Below are positions 28,804-42,950 of a DNA stretch of 64,000 bases, piece by piece. Both the position numbers and the translations under genes were made by a program. How positions within the stretch are numbered: position 1 is the first letter of the stretch; every line of letters starts with the position of its first letter. A model generated the notes under the pieces. That model had not been told where the DNA came from. It saw nothing but the letters and a program-made list of their open reading frames with translations, and did not search any database. Source of the DNA: Octopus vulgaris (Eukaryota); the NCBI GenBank assembly GCA_951406725.2, contig OX597814.1:192138001-192202000 (forward strand), read 5' to 3'.

Positions 28804-29129
28804 CCTAAAGAGTTATATTAAAATATCTAACATTAATCCATTGTCACTGAATACAAGTTTTTATTATTAGATTTAGACTCTGTTTTAACGAGGCTATTTT
28901 TCAAAGTTACTCTTTTCTACTCTTTTCTTTATTACTAAGCCATCATTAATTATGTTCATATTTTTTATTTCTTTCACCCCATACTGTTTTTTTTATTACA
29001 ACTATGCTCCTAGAACCCATTTAATTACACTAATTTTGTTTGCTAGCAACCAAGTATTATTAAGTTTCATTGAATATATCTTATTCTACTTCATGTATTT
29101 TTCCTTAAAATCAACACCTTACGCATATT

Positions 29130-29570
29130 ACACCTTAATACAGACAAATTAGCATTTACACACCATCTGTTATAATATCTAGACAGGTGTTGCAATACCT
29201 GGGATGGTAGATCTACTTTAGTCACTGCCATTCCAGAAAGAATTCAGAAGACTTCTGCCTCTCATAACCTTTAGATTCTGAATCACTAGGTCATGCTGTG
29301 TCTTTCCTGATATTTCTATCATTACTATGCCAAAGTCTGCTATTCCAAACTTGCCAGCTGTGCCAAATATGTTACAGGAAATTATCTACTGCAACCAGTT
29401 TTCTGCATCTCAGTGCCAGATCTATTCTCTCTCTTTTTTTTTTTTTAATCTCCATAGCAAACCCAAAGATTTTGATTATGAGAAGTTCTTAAAATTTTAA
29501 ATCCATAACTATTTAAAGATTCTTACAAGGCATATGAATCTTAAGTTCCCCCTGTCTCCTAATTGACAAG
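29130..29570 (+). mobile_element. Highly decayed L2/Crack-like LINE fragment
   Basis: Fragmentary peptides CCNTWDG...ERIQK...ESLGH...YHYY. Confidence 0.4.
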
Positions 29571-29650
29571 CTGTACATGGGCCTAGGTCAAACCTTTTTC
29601 TCCATCATCATCATCATCATCATCATTATCATCAATTTCATCATTATTAA

Positions 29651-29870
29651 CCCTTTTGTTACCAACCCGGCTGAAACCGGCTCTGACTCCGAGTACAAAT
29701 GTCTTGTTTTCATAAGTTTTGAATTAAAATCTTCCACCAAACCTTAGTCACAATTCATGTTCCTAACACTAGCTGAATGATAACTAAATTATTTTACTAA
29801 ATTCTTTGTTATATTTAAAGTAATTGAAAGAAACACAGAGCATCTCAAAATAAATACAGTAACGAAAGGG
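29651..29870. mobile_element. piggyBac-like MITE family 1 (opposite orientation)
   Basis: TTAA-CCCTTTTGTTAC ... GTAACGAAAGGG, directly followed by a SINE. Confidence 0.8.
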
Positions 29871-30081
29871 TGGTGAGCTGGCTGAACTATTAGCATGCTG
29901 GGCAAAATGCTTAGCAACAGTTCATCTGTCTATATGTTCTGAGTTCAAATTCCACCGAGGTCAACTTTGCCTTTCATCCTTCAGTGGTCCATTAAATTAA
30001 GTACCAGTTGAACACTGGGGTCGAAGTTATCGACTCCCCCCCCCCCCCCGAAATTGCTGGCCTTGTGCCAAACTCTGAAAC

Positions 30082-30143
<62 letters not shown>
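29871..30143 (+). mobile_element. tRNA-derived SINE family B with (ATT)n tail
   Basis: GAGCTGGC...TTAGCA A-box region, B box GAGTTCAAATTCC, central GCCTTTCATCCTT...AAGTACCAG, GGCCTTGTGCC tail. Second copy at ~30267-30480. Confidence 0.8.
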
Positions 30144-30144
<1 letters not shown>

Positions 30145-30265
30145 CATCATCATCATCATTAGTATCACCATCACCATTATTATCATCATCATCATTAGTA
30201 TCATCATCACCATTATTATCATCATCATCATTAGTATCATCATCACCATTATCATCATCATTATT
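30083..30265. repeat. (ATT)n followed by an ATC-rich 33-bp minisatellite (~3 units)
   Basis: ATCATCATCATTAGTATCA(C/T)CATCACCATTATT repeated. Confidence 0.9.
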
Positions 30266-30996
30266 AAGGTGGCAGCAAGCTGGCAGAATCATTAGCATGC
30301 CGGACAGAATGCTCAATGATATTTCTTCTGGCTTTACATTCTAAGTTCAAATTCTGCTGAGGGAAGCTTTGCAGCATTGCTAAAATAAGTACCAGTTGAG
30401 CACTGGTGTCATTGTAATCAACTAGCCCTCTTCCTCAAAATTTCAGGCCTTCTGCCTGTAGCAGAAAAAAATTATTACTGTGGTGGTGGCACTAGCAGTG
30501 TCTTAACATCTGTTTCGCCATTTTTGTGATATTCATATCACCAAATGCCTCTTGTTCATTCAGCAGGTTGGTTTTATGTTTAAATCCCAATGAGGTCAAC
30601 TTGAATGTTTGTCCATCTGGATTTCTTCCAGTTTAAAAAAAAATCAATTAGTCCTGGGGTCAAGTCAGTTGACCATGTCCTCTTTTCCTTAAGAAAAATC
30701 AATATATCACCTTTGCTGTTCTACCTTATGATATCAGTGACATATTTAATCACATAAACGTCCTGCTACCAAACATTATGCCAAAGCAACACACAGTGAT
30801 AAGTCTACCCTGACGCACACTCTTCTAATTTTTGGTATATCTCGGGTTTGGTTATGTCTCCCACCCACACTGTTCTTTCTGTACATTAACCAATTTAGCA
30901 TTCAGATTATTCTGCCAAATGTAATGCTTATATACTCACATTGTTTTGAATTAATCAAGTATTATCTTGCAGTTTCAATATTTCATTGACATGATA

Positions 30997-31410
30997 GGCG
31001 CAGGAGTGGCTGTGTGGTAAGTAGCTTGCTAACCAACCACATGGTTCCGGGTTCAGTCCCACTGCGTGGCACCTTGGGCAAGTGTCTTCTACTATAGCCT
31101 CGGGCCGACCAAAGCCTTGTGAGTGGATTTGGTAGACGGAAACTGAAAGAAGCCCGTCGTATATATATGTATATATATATATGTGTGTGTATGTTTGTGT
31201 GTCTGTGCTTGTCCCCCTAGCATTGCTTGACAACCGATGCTAGTGTGTTTACGTTGCCGTCACTTAGCGGTTCGGCAAAAAGAGACCGATAGAATAAGTA
31301 CTGGGCTTACAAAGAATAAGTCCCGGGGTCGAGTTGCTCGACTAAAGGCGGTGCTCCAGCATGGCCGCAGTCAAATCACTGAAACAAGTAAAAGAGTAAA
31401 GAGTAAGAGT
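30997..31410 (+). mobile_element. SINE family A, full length, CpG-rich (young), inside a family 2 MITE
   Basis: Consensus match with a short ATGAT duplication on both sides. Confidence 0.85.
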
Positions 31411-32206
31411 ATGATTGTTTATTTCTAGAATGACATTGTAGAATAAACATGAGAAGCCAGATCTGGCCGGTTTGAAGATAAAACAAGTAGAATATTTGAG
31501 CTGGATATGACCAGTTTATATGCTAAAGGGTTGATATCCTTTCTACTTTCACTTCTAATAACACATATTTACTATATAGGAATGATACCATCCTTCATTC
31601 CACTGTAACTTTAACACTTACATTAGTCATGATCACTCCATGTTGAAACAATCTCTCTATATATAGACAAAATACAAAACCTAAGTTTAATATTTGTAAC
31701 AAAGTTACTACAAATACTAAAGCTCACAATCTCTGGTGATGATCTCCCACGATGATGTAATATATATAACATTACCGAATTTGCATCCCAAAGGCTATGC
31801 TTTTTCTTCAAGTCCATGAAGTCGTCTATCTGACCAGTTGCTGATTAAAACTTAAGAATACTGCTCACATATCTAGGGTGGTGCTGCTACAACATGCTAA
31901 AGCGTCCTAGATTGAAAAAATTCCTTCATCAATACAGCCAGTCTTTCAGATGCACTCTTTCTGGTATTGGTATGCATTCTATTGGCTCCAAGAGCTGTAA
32001 AAACAAAACTAAGTTAATTCTGAATATAGATGACTTAGTGTTTTTGTGCTGCTGCTGCTACTACTACTACTACTATTACTACTGCTACAACTACTACTGT
32101 TACTACATACCCCAATATTGTCCATTCTGTATGCTAGCAACCAACATCCTGGTTTCCATAGATTTCATGTATTTTCTTAAAAATCAACACTTTATGACCT
32201 TTACTG

Positions 32207-33372
32207 ATCTTTGCTGTTTGGCTGCCACTTTTCAATTTCTTCAATTTCTGTTCCAATAGATTTCATATTTGGTGAGTTTATGTAATTTTGTAAGCTAATC
32301 ATTGACATGAAATTCATTTTCGTCATAAATCAATAAATAAAGAATTAATAGCTTTTAAATTTTGCAAGTTTTGGGTAATTTTAACCAGTCATAAGCCACA
32401 GACACATACATGCTTGCTTCCATAGTAACAAACCAAACTGTTACTGAGTTGCTTACTCACGCAATCATTTTCACTTATTAAATGATGATCATGCTAAAAA
32501 TAATAGCTAAATAGGCCTTAAATCACACACCAAAAATTTTTGTGGGGTAGGTGGGGTGTTGCATAATCATATGAATTCCCATGTGTAGAATACAAATTTA
32601 GAAAAACTTTTTGAAAACTCCAAGAAATCAAAAAAGTTATGGCATGCGTAAAGCAGAATTTCATTGTTTACAGTTGACAACATGTGCTGTCATGTACCAA
32701 ATATAATAATCATGAAATTATTATATAGTGCTCAGGTGCACCACAACTTGTCAAAAATGCATATAAAGCATATGCAGTAATGTACAAATGTCTGGAATGT
32801 GAACAGTTTATGTGTGTATGGTGGTGGTGGGGGGGAGAAAATCAGGTGTAGTGTTGGCGAATCTTAGGAAGCATGGAAGTTTTGAAGGATGCAGTGCTCC
32901 AACAACTAACAACTGATGCCGGCAGTTTTTCCATACTTCAGCAACTCTTAGCGTGAAAAAATGTTTCTGAAAGTCATGGGAGCTGTGCTGTTTTCTGACT
33001 TTGTAAACATGTCCACAGGTGTTAGACAGGTTGAATTTGAAAAGGTGCTCAGTGTTATTGTTTGTAAGATGGTTGATAATTTTATGGGTGTCTGCCAAGT
33101 CAGCTGCCAGATGTCAGAGTTTCAATGTATCCATGCCCAGGGAAGTAAGGCATTCAGAATATGGCAAATGCCTGATGTGACAGCTTCCAAGTCCTGTTTT
33201 CTGACTGGGTAAAAATGATCAAACTTTAAACCTCTAGCTTCTTTCAAAAAATTTTCTCGTAAAAGTTAAATACCTCCTGAGATTCAGAGTAGAAAATTAC
33301 ATCACTTCACCAAATTTTAAAGTTTTCATTAAACTTGTAAATTTCCACAGTTGCAGCCAAACAGAAAAGATT
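32207..33372. mobile_element. DNA transposon-like element with imperfect ~80-bp TIRs, hosting the CR1 fragment
   Basis: Left ATCTTTGCTGTTTGGCTGC...TTTGGTGAG...ATGTAATTTT versus right AAAATTACAT...TCACCAAA...GCAGCCAAACAGAAAAGAT. Confidence 0.5.
32700..33210 (-). mobile_element. CR1-clade LINE 3' fragment
   Basis: Minus strand encodes ADLADTHKIINHL...LFKF...TCGHVYKVRKQHSSHDFQKHFFTLRVAEVW, then frameshifted LPASVV...SFK, the CR1 C-terminal pattern. Confidence 0.8.
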
Positions 33373-33446
33373 CCCTTTCACATTTTTATAGAATCAGATC
33401 AACACTACACACCTGTTTCCTTCAAATCTCAATAATACACCTTTTA

Positions 33447-33808
33447 TTCTTTAACTTGTTTCAGTCATTTGACTGTGGCCATGCTGGGGCACCACCTTAA
33501 GGCGTTTTAGTCAAAGAAATCAACCGCAGGAGACTTATTCTTTGTAAAGTTTAGTACTTATTCTATCAGTCTCTTTTGCTGAACTGCTAAGTCACAGGGA
33601 CATAAGCACACCAACATCGGTTGTCAAGCAATGGGGTGGGGTGACTAACATAGACACACACATATAGGACGGGTTTCTTTCAGTTTCCGTCTACCAAATC
33701 CACTCACAAGGCTTTAGTCGACCCAAGGCTATAGTAGAACATGCCATGCAGTGGGACTGAACCTGGAACTATGTGGTTGGGAAGCAAGCTTCTTACCACA
33801 CAGCCATG
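33447..33808 (-). mobile_element. SINE family A
   Basis: Consensus match, followed by a family B copy (-) at ~33824-34040. Confidence 0.75.
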
Positions 33809-34893
33809 AGAAACTGGTATTATATTCTTTCTACTATAGGCACAAGGCCTGAAAATTTGGAGGAAGGGGCTAATTGTTTACATTGACTCCCCCCAGTTCG
33901 CAACTGGTACTTATTTCATCAACCCCAAGATGATGTGAGGCAAAGTTGACCTCGGTGATATTTGAGCTCAGAATGTAAAGCTGGAAGAAATGTCATGAAG
34001 CATTTTGTCTGGCATGACAACGATTTCATCAGCTTGCAACCTTTTTAAAATTTTGGCACAAGGCCAGCAATTCTAGATATAATATCAAATCTGAAAATGT
34101 TGAGCCTCACAGAAGAGATAAACATGGGAGTAAAACAATGGATGCCATTTTGCAATCCGTTGTGGCTTCCCAGCAGAAAATGGAAGTTTTAGAAATACGA
34201 TGATAATGATGACATAACATGTTAAGTTAATTATGCATTATGTTAATTGTTTAATTAGTCTTGATAATTTTTTTCTATTGTTGCCATGTACATGTGAAGT
34301 TTCTTAGTGTTTGCACACTGAAAGCTTTTCACTTGAAAAAATAATCCTCATTTTTTTTTTTTTTTTTGTATTTTTTAAAATATATTCTTTTGTTCCATTG
34401 TTTTTGTAAATTTTAGACTTTTCAAATGTAAGCTGTGAAACAAAACTTTATATCACATTATATGATATATAGGTGCAAACATGGCCATGTGGCTTCTTTC
34501 TCTCCAATCACATGGTTTCAGGTTCAGTCCCACTGCATGGCACCTTAAGCAAGTGTCTTTTTCTGTAGCCTCATGAGTAAATTTGGTGGATGGAAATAGA
34601 AAGCAGTCCATTGTATATACGTGTGTGTGTATCTTTGTATGATAGTTGTAAATAAGCATCAACGTTATATAAGCGGTGTCCTTCATTTTCAGTCTTCAAT
34701 GAAAACCTGTCCTTGATTAGAAACAAGTGAAGGATGGTGACAAGAAGGACATTTGGCCAAAGAAAATCTGCCTCAGCTAATTCTGTCTAACCCATGCAAG
34801 CATGAAAAAGATAGATGTTAAGACAATGATAATGATGATATGTATATATGAACTACTGAATGAAAGATATATTTTTAATCCTTTAGCATTTAA

Positions 34894-35113
34894 CCCTTTT
34901 GTTACCAACCTGGCTGAAACCAGCTCTGGCTCTGAGTACAAATGTCTTGTTTTCATAAGTTTTGAATTAAAATCTTCCACTAAACCTTAGTCACAATTTA
35001 TTTTCCTAACACTAGCTTAATGATAACCAAGTTATTTTACTAAATTCTTTGTCATATTTAAAGTAATTGAAAGAAACACAGAGCATCTCAAAATAAATAT
35101 AGTAATGAAAGGG
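34894..35113. mobile_element. piggyBac-like MITE family 1 nested in a family 2 MITE (~34875-35325)
   Basis: TTAA at 34890-34893 and 35114-35117; the flanks rejoin as family 2. Confidence 0.8.
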
Positions 35114-37838
35114 TTAAACTGTCCACCATCAGGCCCAAATATTCTGTCTGTTTTGTGTTGAAACTGACTGGTTCTAGCCTCTCACACCTACCTACAATGT
35201 CATTCTAAATATAAACAATCATCTCATTGAAATCTTGAATCTGTGACATTTTGCAGGATTAATTCAAAACAATGCAAATAAATAAGCATTACATTTGACA
35301 GAATAATCTGAATGTAAGAGAGTCAAAGATATAAAGTTTTTATTTTAATGTTTAGATTTGTAATTATGCTGCATTGTCTTTTGAATCTAGTTATCTGGTG
35401 TATGAAATTCTTAGACTAAATCTAATGAAACTATTGTTTTCATCCTGCTTGGTATAGTTTTCAGACATCAGCATTACTTTTGACTTAGGCCCTTCCAATA
35501 TCAATAAAAAAAAATCATAGAAGGAATCAAGGCAGGATTAAAACCCATAGAGGCCCTAAGCACTTAAAAGATTTTGGTGCCCCCATATATATATATAATT
35601 CAAAATATACATGATAATAAACCAACAAATAAATTTTTAATTTTTGTATATTTCTACTTTATATTTGCAATTAAAAGGAGAAAACGTTTCAGTTTTATCC
35701 AGTCCTCAAAATTAATCTTATGTAACACTTCTGCTTCTATACTTAGAGATGAGGCATCCTGAATATTATTTTAGCAAGTTTATAGCAAGTTTATTTTAGC
35801 AAGTTTATATTTCTGTGTTTTCTTTTTTCTTCTTCCCTTGATGCCCTAAGCACATATTTATTTTATTTTATGGTTAATCCAGTGCTGGAAGGAAGGACAG
35901 TAGCCATGATATTTTTGCAAAGCTTTCATGATGAAGGAAAAGAACTTGTGAATCATCCCTAGACTGGAGGTCTGCTCTACAGGACAAAGTGGACATTGCC
36001 ATAGATACCCAAGGGTCAGATGGTGATGGTAAACTAAATGGTTGATCTAGTCTACCTTCTGAGATCATGTCAGGTTCATTTAATAATTTCTGCTCAATCT
36101 ACATCTACCCAGCTTCACTACCAGGCTTGCGTCAATCTACAGATGTGATAAAAGAAACTTGCCAAAGATACTGTTCTCTGCGTTTGAACCTAAAATGACA
36201 TGATTGGGAAACAGCTTTCTTGACCTCAAGGTTTACCTTTTAATGTCTCATATTAATTGTTCTGATGAAAGTCATAATCATCATCATCATTTAACGTCCA
36301 CTTTCCATTCTAGTATGGGTTGGATCATTTGACTGAGGACTGGCGAACCAGATGGCTACACCAGGCTCCAATCTGATCTGGCAGAGTTTCTACAGCTAGA
36401 TGCCCTTCCTAATGCTAACCACTCTGAGAGTGTAGTGGGTGCTTTTATGTGCCACCGGCATGAGGGCCAGTCAGGCAGTACTGGCAACAGCCATGCTTAA
36501 ATGGTGTTTTTTTTAAAGTCATTTTGTAAAAAGAAATGCAATAATAATCCATTAGCTATCATTGCTCTCTCTGGCTAGCCTTTGTTACATCACCACTGTC
36601 CCTGCATTAGTTGGCAACATCAGCCAGGAACTGTATATTTTCCTTCCATCTCCACATTTTCACCATAATTATAATTCTTGTCTCTTTTCGACTTTATATG
36701 TAAATGTAGATTTCTTTTGATTTGGAATGTAATTCCTGTGGCATAGGGAAATTTAGAGGTGAATATTATATTTACTTTTTAAACCACAAATGAAACAAGA
36801 TCTGTTTTTATTGTGGCACTAATGCAAAATTATCAATTCACTTGATTATAAACTTGTCACCTTATAGCTTGTTCAGAAGGCTTGGTTTGGAGTAATTATT
36901 TCTTCTTTGGCCTTTAACTGGAACTAGTTATCTAATTTTCTGGCAAACCTTAAACACAAATGTATCCTTTATATTATTAAGTTAATAGTTTGGAAAAGTT
37001 AGGTTAATGGTTGAAGCCTCACTTGTTAAATGGGACAAATTTAGTTATTGTGAGAATTGCAATGAGTGCTACATTCCAGAACATTCTGGAGCTGTTTTTA
37101 AGCATAGTTAAACACCTTTTTTATGCTATGCTTTCTTTATCCCCATTCTACTTCCAGCCAGTTTTAGTTGATGCTGATCTGTAAAAATTGACCAGCTTAT
37201 TTTGGAATGCACCTTTGTCTGCTGCAAAATTCCAAAAGAAAAATGCCGTCTCAATTATTTGGCATAAATAAAACTAAATAATCAAATGTTGACTTACAAA
37301 AGATTAAGAATGCCAAGGAATAAAGCCAATAAGATTTGAAGTATACCACCTAGAATATTCAAGATACCAACTTTAAAAGGAGGTTAGATAAATATGGTAA
37401 AAATGTTGATGAACTTTAATAAATAAATTGCATTCAAGTGGTTTGCAATATACTTATCATTCTCTAATTAATAATAATAATAGTAATAATTTGTTCTTCA
37501 CTCCATAAATTTATTGTTGCTTTAAAGCTCTCATTTGGCAATTAACTTCTAATTAATCTGATTATATCAGTTATTCTTGAAACTATTTTCTTGATCACCA
37601 ATTTCTGAGAAATATTCTTTTTTTTTTTATAGAAATTTAAATAGAAGCAATAGTAAACATCCAGACAGAAAATGTACAAAGATAGCAAAAAGTACAATGA
37701 AAGTACAGTGTTTTAATGGGAAAGCATCATTGAAAAACAACTAATATTATTGCATTAGTTAGCATATGATTTTGTTGAATGGAAAAATGAATGGATCAAC
37801 ACAAGACAAGTACAATTTACAAGAGAGGTGTTGAGTCA

Positions 37839-38232
37839 TCTCTCTATATATAAAGCTGAAGTTGTCTGTGTGTGGTAGGTTTGGTAGCCTTCAACTAACA
37901 CTATCTCCTTTGAGACCGTGTGGTGCAAGTTGACCAAAATTGAGAGTATGATAGAAGAAGGCTTGCTCTTCCTTCCGTAGAAGAAAAAATTCAAATTGGA
38001 CCATGTTAACACCAAAAATTATTTACATCAAAAAGGTGCTTTTTTTCTATGAAAATCCCTATTTTTTATGATTTTTTTGACTGCTGTGTTGCCATTTTTC
38101 GGTGTATTTCAACCAGAAAAATGTTCACTTAAAGAGAATAACAAGCTACATAATGCAAAATTTTTACTTTTCAAAAATTCCAATTCTAAAGGGCCGATAC
38201 AAACCCGAGCAACCACCAGGCAATACTGCTAG
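37839..38232 (+). mobile_element. Non-autonomous Helitron-like element
   Basis: Starts TC(TCTCTATATATAAAG), ends CTAG after a GC-rich degenerate hairpin, inserted between A and T with no TSD. Confidence 0.65.
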
Positions 38233-40309
38233 TTTGGAATAAAGAAAAGAGATAAGAAGCAGCCAGCCACTATGTATAGCTGTTTGCCTGTATGGTAAAT
38301 CAGATCTGCATAATTTGACAATTTTAATGGGGTTGATGATCTTAAGACAAAGGATTTAATATTATGAATGCTTAAATGTTAGTCAGTTGATCTGGTAGCC
38401 AGGACCTCATATCAGTGAGATGGGTAGGGGCTGTGAAACCATTGAAAGGGAAAGCTCTGAAACAGTGCACATTGTTTCCTGGTGACCTATGAAACCTACT
38501 AACGTCTAGGTATGCAGAGCTTTCAATTAGCAAGACGTTTGCAAATCTCAGGTTGAACTGAACATGCCTGCATTGAATGTTTATATTCAGTCACTACCAA
38601 TCCTCTTTCTATGCTTGTCACTGGGACATGAAAAGGACAGAATGTGGCAGGCATCATACAACAACTCTTCCACGATAAATTTGTGAATGAAGAGAAAGCT
38701 AGTCTGTTGTAATCAATGTCTCTAAATGATTCATTCCCAAAAGCCACAAAATATTTCCTACTGCCTCACCTCTCACAAATACATAAGAATATCTACAATG
38801 GTTTTGTACTTAGAACTTTAAAATCAAGTACTACAACACTTTATATACACTCAGCCAGCTAATTTCTGAAAATCCCAATGTTTTTTTTTTTTTTTTAATA
38901 ATTAATTCTTTGTATAATACTCACTGATACTGAAGTAGACTATTTTTCTTCATTTTCAAATATTTATGTGTCACCAATGAGACTGCTTTCCATTGTTATA
39001 TAATAGGACTAAAGCAGGAGATTTCATTTATTCATCTCCAGTACAAATTCCCTGTAATCTGTAATTTAATTGTTCAAACCTTGTCAAAACTGATCTGCTA
39101 TCAATGTAGTCCTTTATTATGGAAATTTAATTTGAGTGTGTCTGGTGGTGGTAGGGCTCATATTGGTTTATAGACTTAACTATAATGGCTTAGTATTTTA
39201 GTATTTCTCATTGTACCAGATTACACTGTTCCTTTTTTACTCTCTCTCTCTCTCTCTCTCTCTTTGGCTTCTATTGTTTTGCTGGTGTCTGACAAAAAAA
39301 CTATTTTGCTATGTGTACTTTACATAGATATTAATTATTACAATTACGCATCATTTCGTTCACCATATTGACTAAGTCTCTCCTTTTATATGTTAGAAGT
39401 ATTTTATTATTGAAAAACAACCTAGAAAATAGCTGTTTTAGAGAGATTTCAAGAATTTAATTATATAAGTTTGTTTTGTAAAATTGGCTTCCAGTCAAGT
39501 TAAAGCACTCAGTTAACATCTTTTTATTTATTTATTTTATTTATTTATTTATTTGTTTATTTAGTTGCTTTTGTGCATGTGAATTTTCTTCCATTGTAGA
39601 CAGAACAGACGTATAGACAAATTATTCTTAATGATGTATCAATGTTTTAATTAGTTACACATCATTTTGCTTCATATGACAAAATATGATTAAATAAGAT
39701 AGTGTGTGTGTGTGTTACATAATCTCTAAATTTTAAAATATACTTCAATATGTGAAATAAGATATTTTTCTGTTCGCTCAGTAAAAGTCTGTGGGTTTTT
39801 TTTTTTACACTTTTCTATCATGACTTTTTAACTTTATTTTTCATGGTAAACACTGAATGAATTTCATTTTGACCTTCAAAGCTTTCACTGTAATCTTTTC
39901 TAATAAGCTTACTTATCATGAGAGCTGCTGTCCTAATGATAATTTTAATACATTGCATAAACTATTATCAGTCTGAACAGTATTTTTTTTTATACATATT
40001 TTTTATTGCTACCATTTTATGCAATAGAAAAATAAGAGAGTCTCTTCAGGTTTCATCCTAAATAAATATAAGTAAATACTCAATGTCTCTTTCTCTTAAC
40101 AGCAAATTACTGTTACAGTGGCTTTGGTGCAATCTTTAGACGCAAGAGTATAACATACTTGGACCTGATTGCATGTCTTTGCAGTGACCTAACTGAGATT
40201 ATGCAGTAGAGAAACATATGATGTGTTATGTCTTATATTTCCAAGACCATTCGACTTTCTTTCCACCATCATTATGAAATTCCTGGTCTTTTCTCTATTT
40301 TGATGGACA

Positions 40310-40690
40310 AGAGTACCATACGAGTGAGATCGTTGACAGAGCAACAAGCTGGCCTCTGTGCCGAAGGCATGTTAAAAACACCATTCGACCGTGATCGTTA
40401 CCTGCGTCGCCTTACTAGCACTTGTGCTGGTGGCACGTAAAAGAAAAACATTTGAACGAGGTCATTGCCAGTGCTGCTGGACTGGCTCCTGTGCAGGTGG
40501 CACATAAAAAGCACCATTTGAGCATGGCCGTTGCCAGTAGTAAAAGCACCCACTACACTCTCGGGGTGGTTGGCATTAGGAAGGGCATCCAGCTGTAGAA
40601 ACTCTGCCAGATCAGATTGGAGCCTGGTGCAGCCATCTGGTTTGCCAGTCCTCAATCAAATCATCCAACCCATGCTAGCATGGAAAGCAG
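40310..40690 (+). mobile_element. RTE 3'-UTR fragment with tandem units
   Basis: GGTGGCACGTAAAA repeats plus the GGAAGGGCATCCAGCTGTAGAAAC...CCATGCTAGCATGGAAAG tail. Further copies at ~18920-19097 (-), ~26640-27012 (+), ~36278-36510 (-), ~47625-47915 (+). Confidence 0.75.
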
Positions 40691-41620
40691 TTGTTAATTG
40701 TGGCATAAACTCTCTTTCTATTGTTTTCTTGTATAACATGACCTTGATCTCCTTAAATTTAGAATTAATACTCAACTTACTTAATGTCGGCGGTTTGCTT
40801 CCTTTTGATATTTTTATCACTTCTTTTATTACCATCTCATTTTATTTCATTTTATTAACACCTTTATTTTCACCTCAGTTACCATTCTTTAATGCCGTCT
40901 GTTCTATCATCAACAACTCATCATATTTCATTCAACTCTTCTATGAATTATTTTATTACTATCTTATATTTACTTTCTGAAATATGCAAGAACAATACAG
41001 AGATTTTATAACATTTATGTCTCACACACCCTTCCCCTAATGATTTGCCTAGAAATGGCTTATGAACCTTGCTTGGGATGATTTCAAGGAAAGACAAATA
41101 AATAAAAACAATCCTAAATTTGAGAATTTCTCCTAGTCGTTTGTCTTCAAAGCCTAGAAAATAATATGGTATCAACACATACATTATTTGAGTTATATTT
41201 TTCATATAAAATAATGCCGGAGTTAAATAACTCCGTTTTCATTTTCATCTCTTGAAATTTTTTTGATCATAGATCTATTCAACAACACTACTACTACTAC
41301 TAACCAACCAACAATAATATTAGAACACGTCAACGAAAAAGATCAATCAGTTTCTCCAAGTAGAGCAAAACTTTACTTACTATTGCTCAAAGAGCAAACT
41401 ATTGAGTGTTTACTGATAATTTTCATGATAAAATATATTGAGCTCCTAAAAATCTAATGCAGTTTTATATTTCATGGTTATAACATGGTGACATCCACAA
41501 AACTGACATTCTTAAATTTTCTTTCATGATTTGTATATATATATATATATATATATGTATTTATGCATGCATGTATCTATTGAACATGCATGTGTATGTA
41601 TATATATGTGTGTGTGTATA

Positions 41621-42911
41621 CCATAAAAATCCATGTAATTTGCGCACCTGTGTAATTTACGCAGGTGGTTTTTCAAAATAAAAAGAGCTTTGTTAAAAAG
41701 AGCTTCTACTCATGTAAAATTCACACCTTAAAGTTTTCAGAATTGCTGATATAGCCAGAGGAAATAGGTTTTCAATTTAGTCATATTTAGCATAATTTCA
41801 CTTACTTGTCATTAGATTTTATTAAATTTTCATTAAATAAAAATAATTCTGTTTAACAGGTATCAGACTGAAAGCTATTAAATTATAAAGTGTTTGTATG
41901 GTTTATAATAAACTTTATTTTACGTTTCTTGCCCACAAGAGATTATGTCCAATATTTACCATACTGCTGTATGTATTCTCTAATCATGATCACAGGAAAA
42001 GTTGTTGATAAGAATTACCAACAAAAACAGAGCTGATAAATACGCACAGGTGTTGCAAATTAAGTTTAATTACCAATAAGCATCAGCTTCGATGACACTT
42101 TATTCAACTGACAGTGAAAGGTGACCAATCAAACTGATTATGTAAACAGAATTCTTTTCCACCTATTCTTGTTGGAACTTTTGATGTGGAGTATCAAAAT
42201 TTTAATCTCTTTCACACTTATAAAATGTCAAACAAACTTAAAAATTTGCCATTACCATTATTGTCAGTATGGGCAGAACTTTTGAATCGTTTACTGTCAA
42301 GGAGAAATTAAATTTCTTGAATAAGCATTTGAACATAGCAATAGAGCTGCCGGAGGACATTTTAATGTTAATGGAGTCAACATTTGAAATTGGCGTAAAC
42401 AGTACGACAAATTTAAAACTGTGCCTAGTAATAAACAGACAAAAGTAAAAACATACAATCAAGATTATCCACATTATTACATCTTCTTCAGTCAGGAATA
42501 TCCATATCACTATGTATGTCAATGGTGGTCCACTGCGATAGGTAGAAACTCCAAGCAATGTAAAATAGGGCCTGGACTGTGTTTACCAGCATGAACATCA
42601 GACTTCAAAAAGTAGTTAACCATTTAATGGTTTTAGTAAACTTATACAGAACAAGTAAGTATTATACCATCCAGCATAAATAAAAGTCGACTTCATTATA
42701 TTTTAGCCATTATTTTTTTCTGCAAAAGACCTATTCTGACATTAAATGAGTCAACTTCTGGTACGAATGTTTACGTTTTGTATGGCTTTTTTCAACAAAA
42801 AAAATTTCAAAAAAAATTCTGTAAACAATCTATTCCTGTTATCTACACACCCACTAAAGTTTATTTTTATTTTTTGCGAAAAAAGTGTGTGAATTACAAG
42901 GGTTTTTAGAG
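41621..42911 (+). mobile_element. Pogo-like deletion derivative with Brinker-type DNA-binding-domain relic
   Basis: Imperfect TIRs (CCATAAAAATCCATGTAATTTGCGCAC / GTGTGTGAATTACAAGGGTTTTTAGAG). 42269-42440 reads MGRTFESFTVKEKL..[frameshift]AFEHSNRAAGGHFNVNGVNI*NWRKQ, like the POGK-type N-terminal domain. Confidence 0.7.
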
Positions 42912-42950
42912 CCTGTATACACACACACACACACATATATATATACACAT

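Noticed and set aside
29981-30344. Poly-N/D, poly-I and poly-L/S ORFs
   Set aside because: Trinucleotide repeats between two SINEs, with no splice or homology support.
40103-40230. Acceptor-like TTTCTCTTAACAG suggesting an upstream exon
   Set aside because: No convincing donor or reading frame; such sites are common in AT-rich introns.
40690-41210. Purine-rich minus-strand stretch with Lys/Glu/Ile-rich translation
   Set aside because: Contains stops and no recognisable motif; could be old LINE debris but cannot be assigned.
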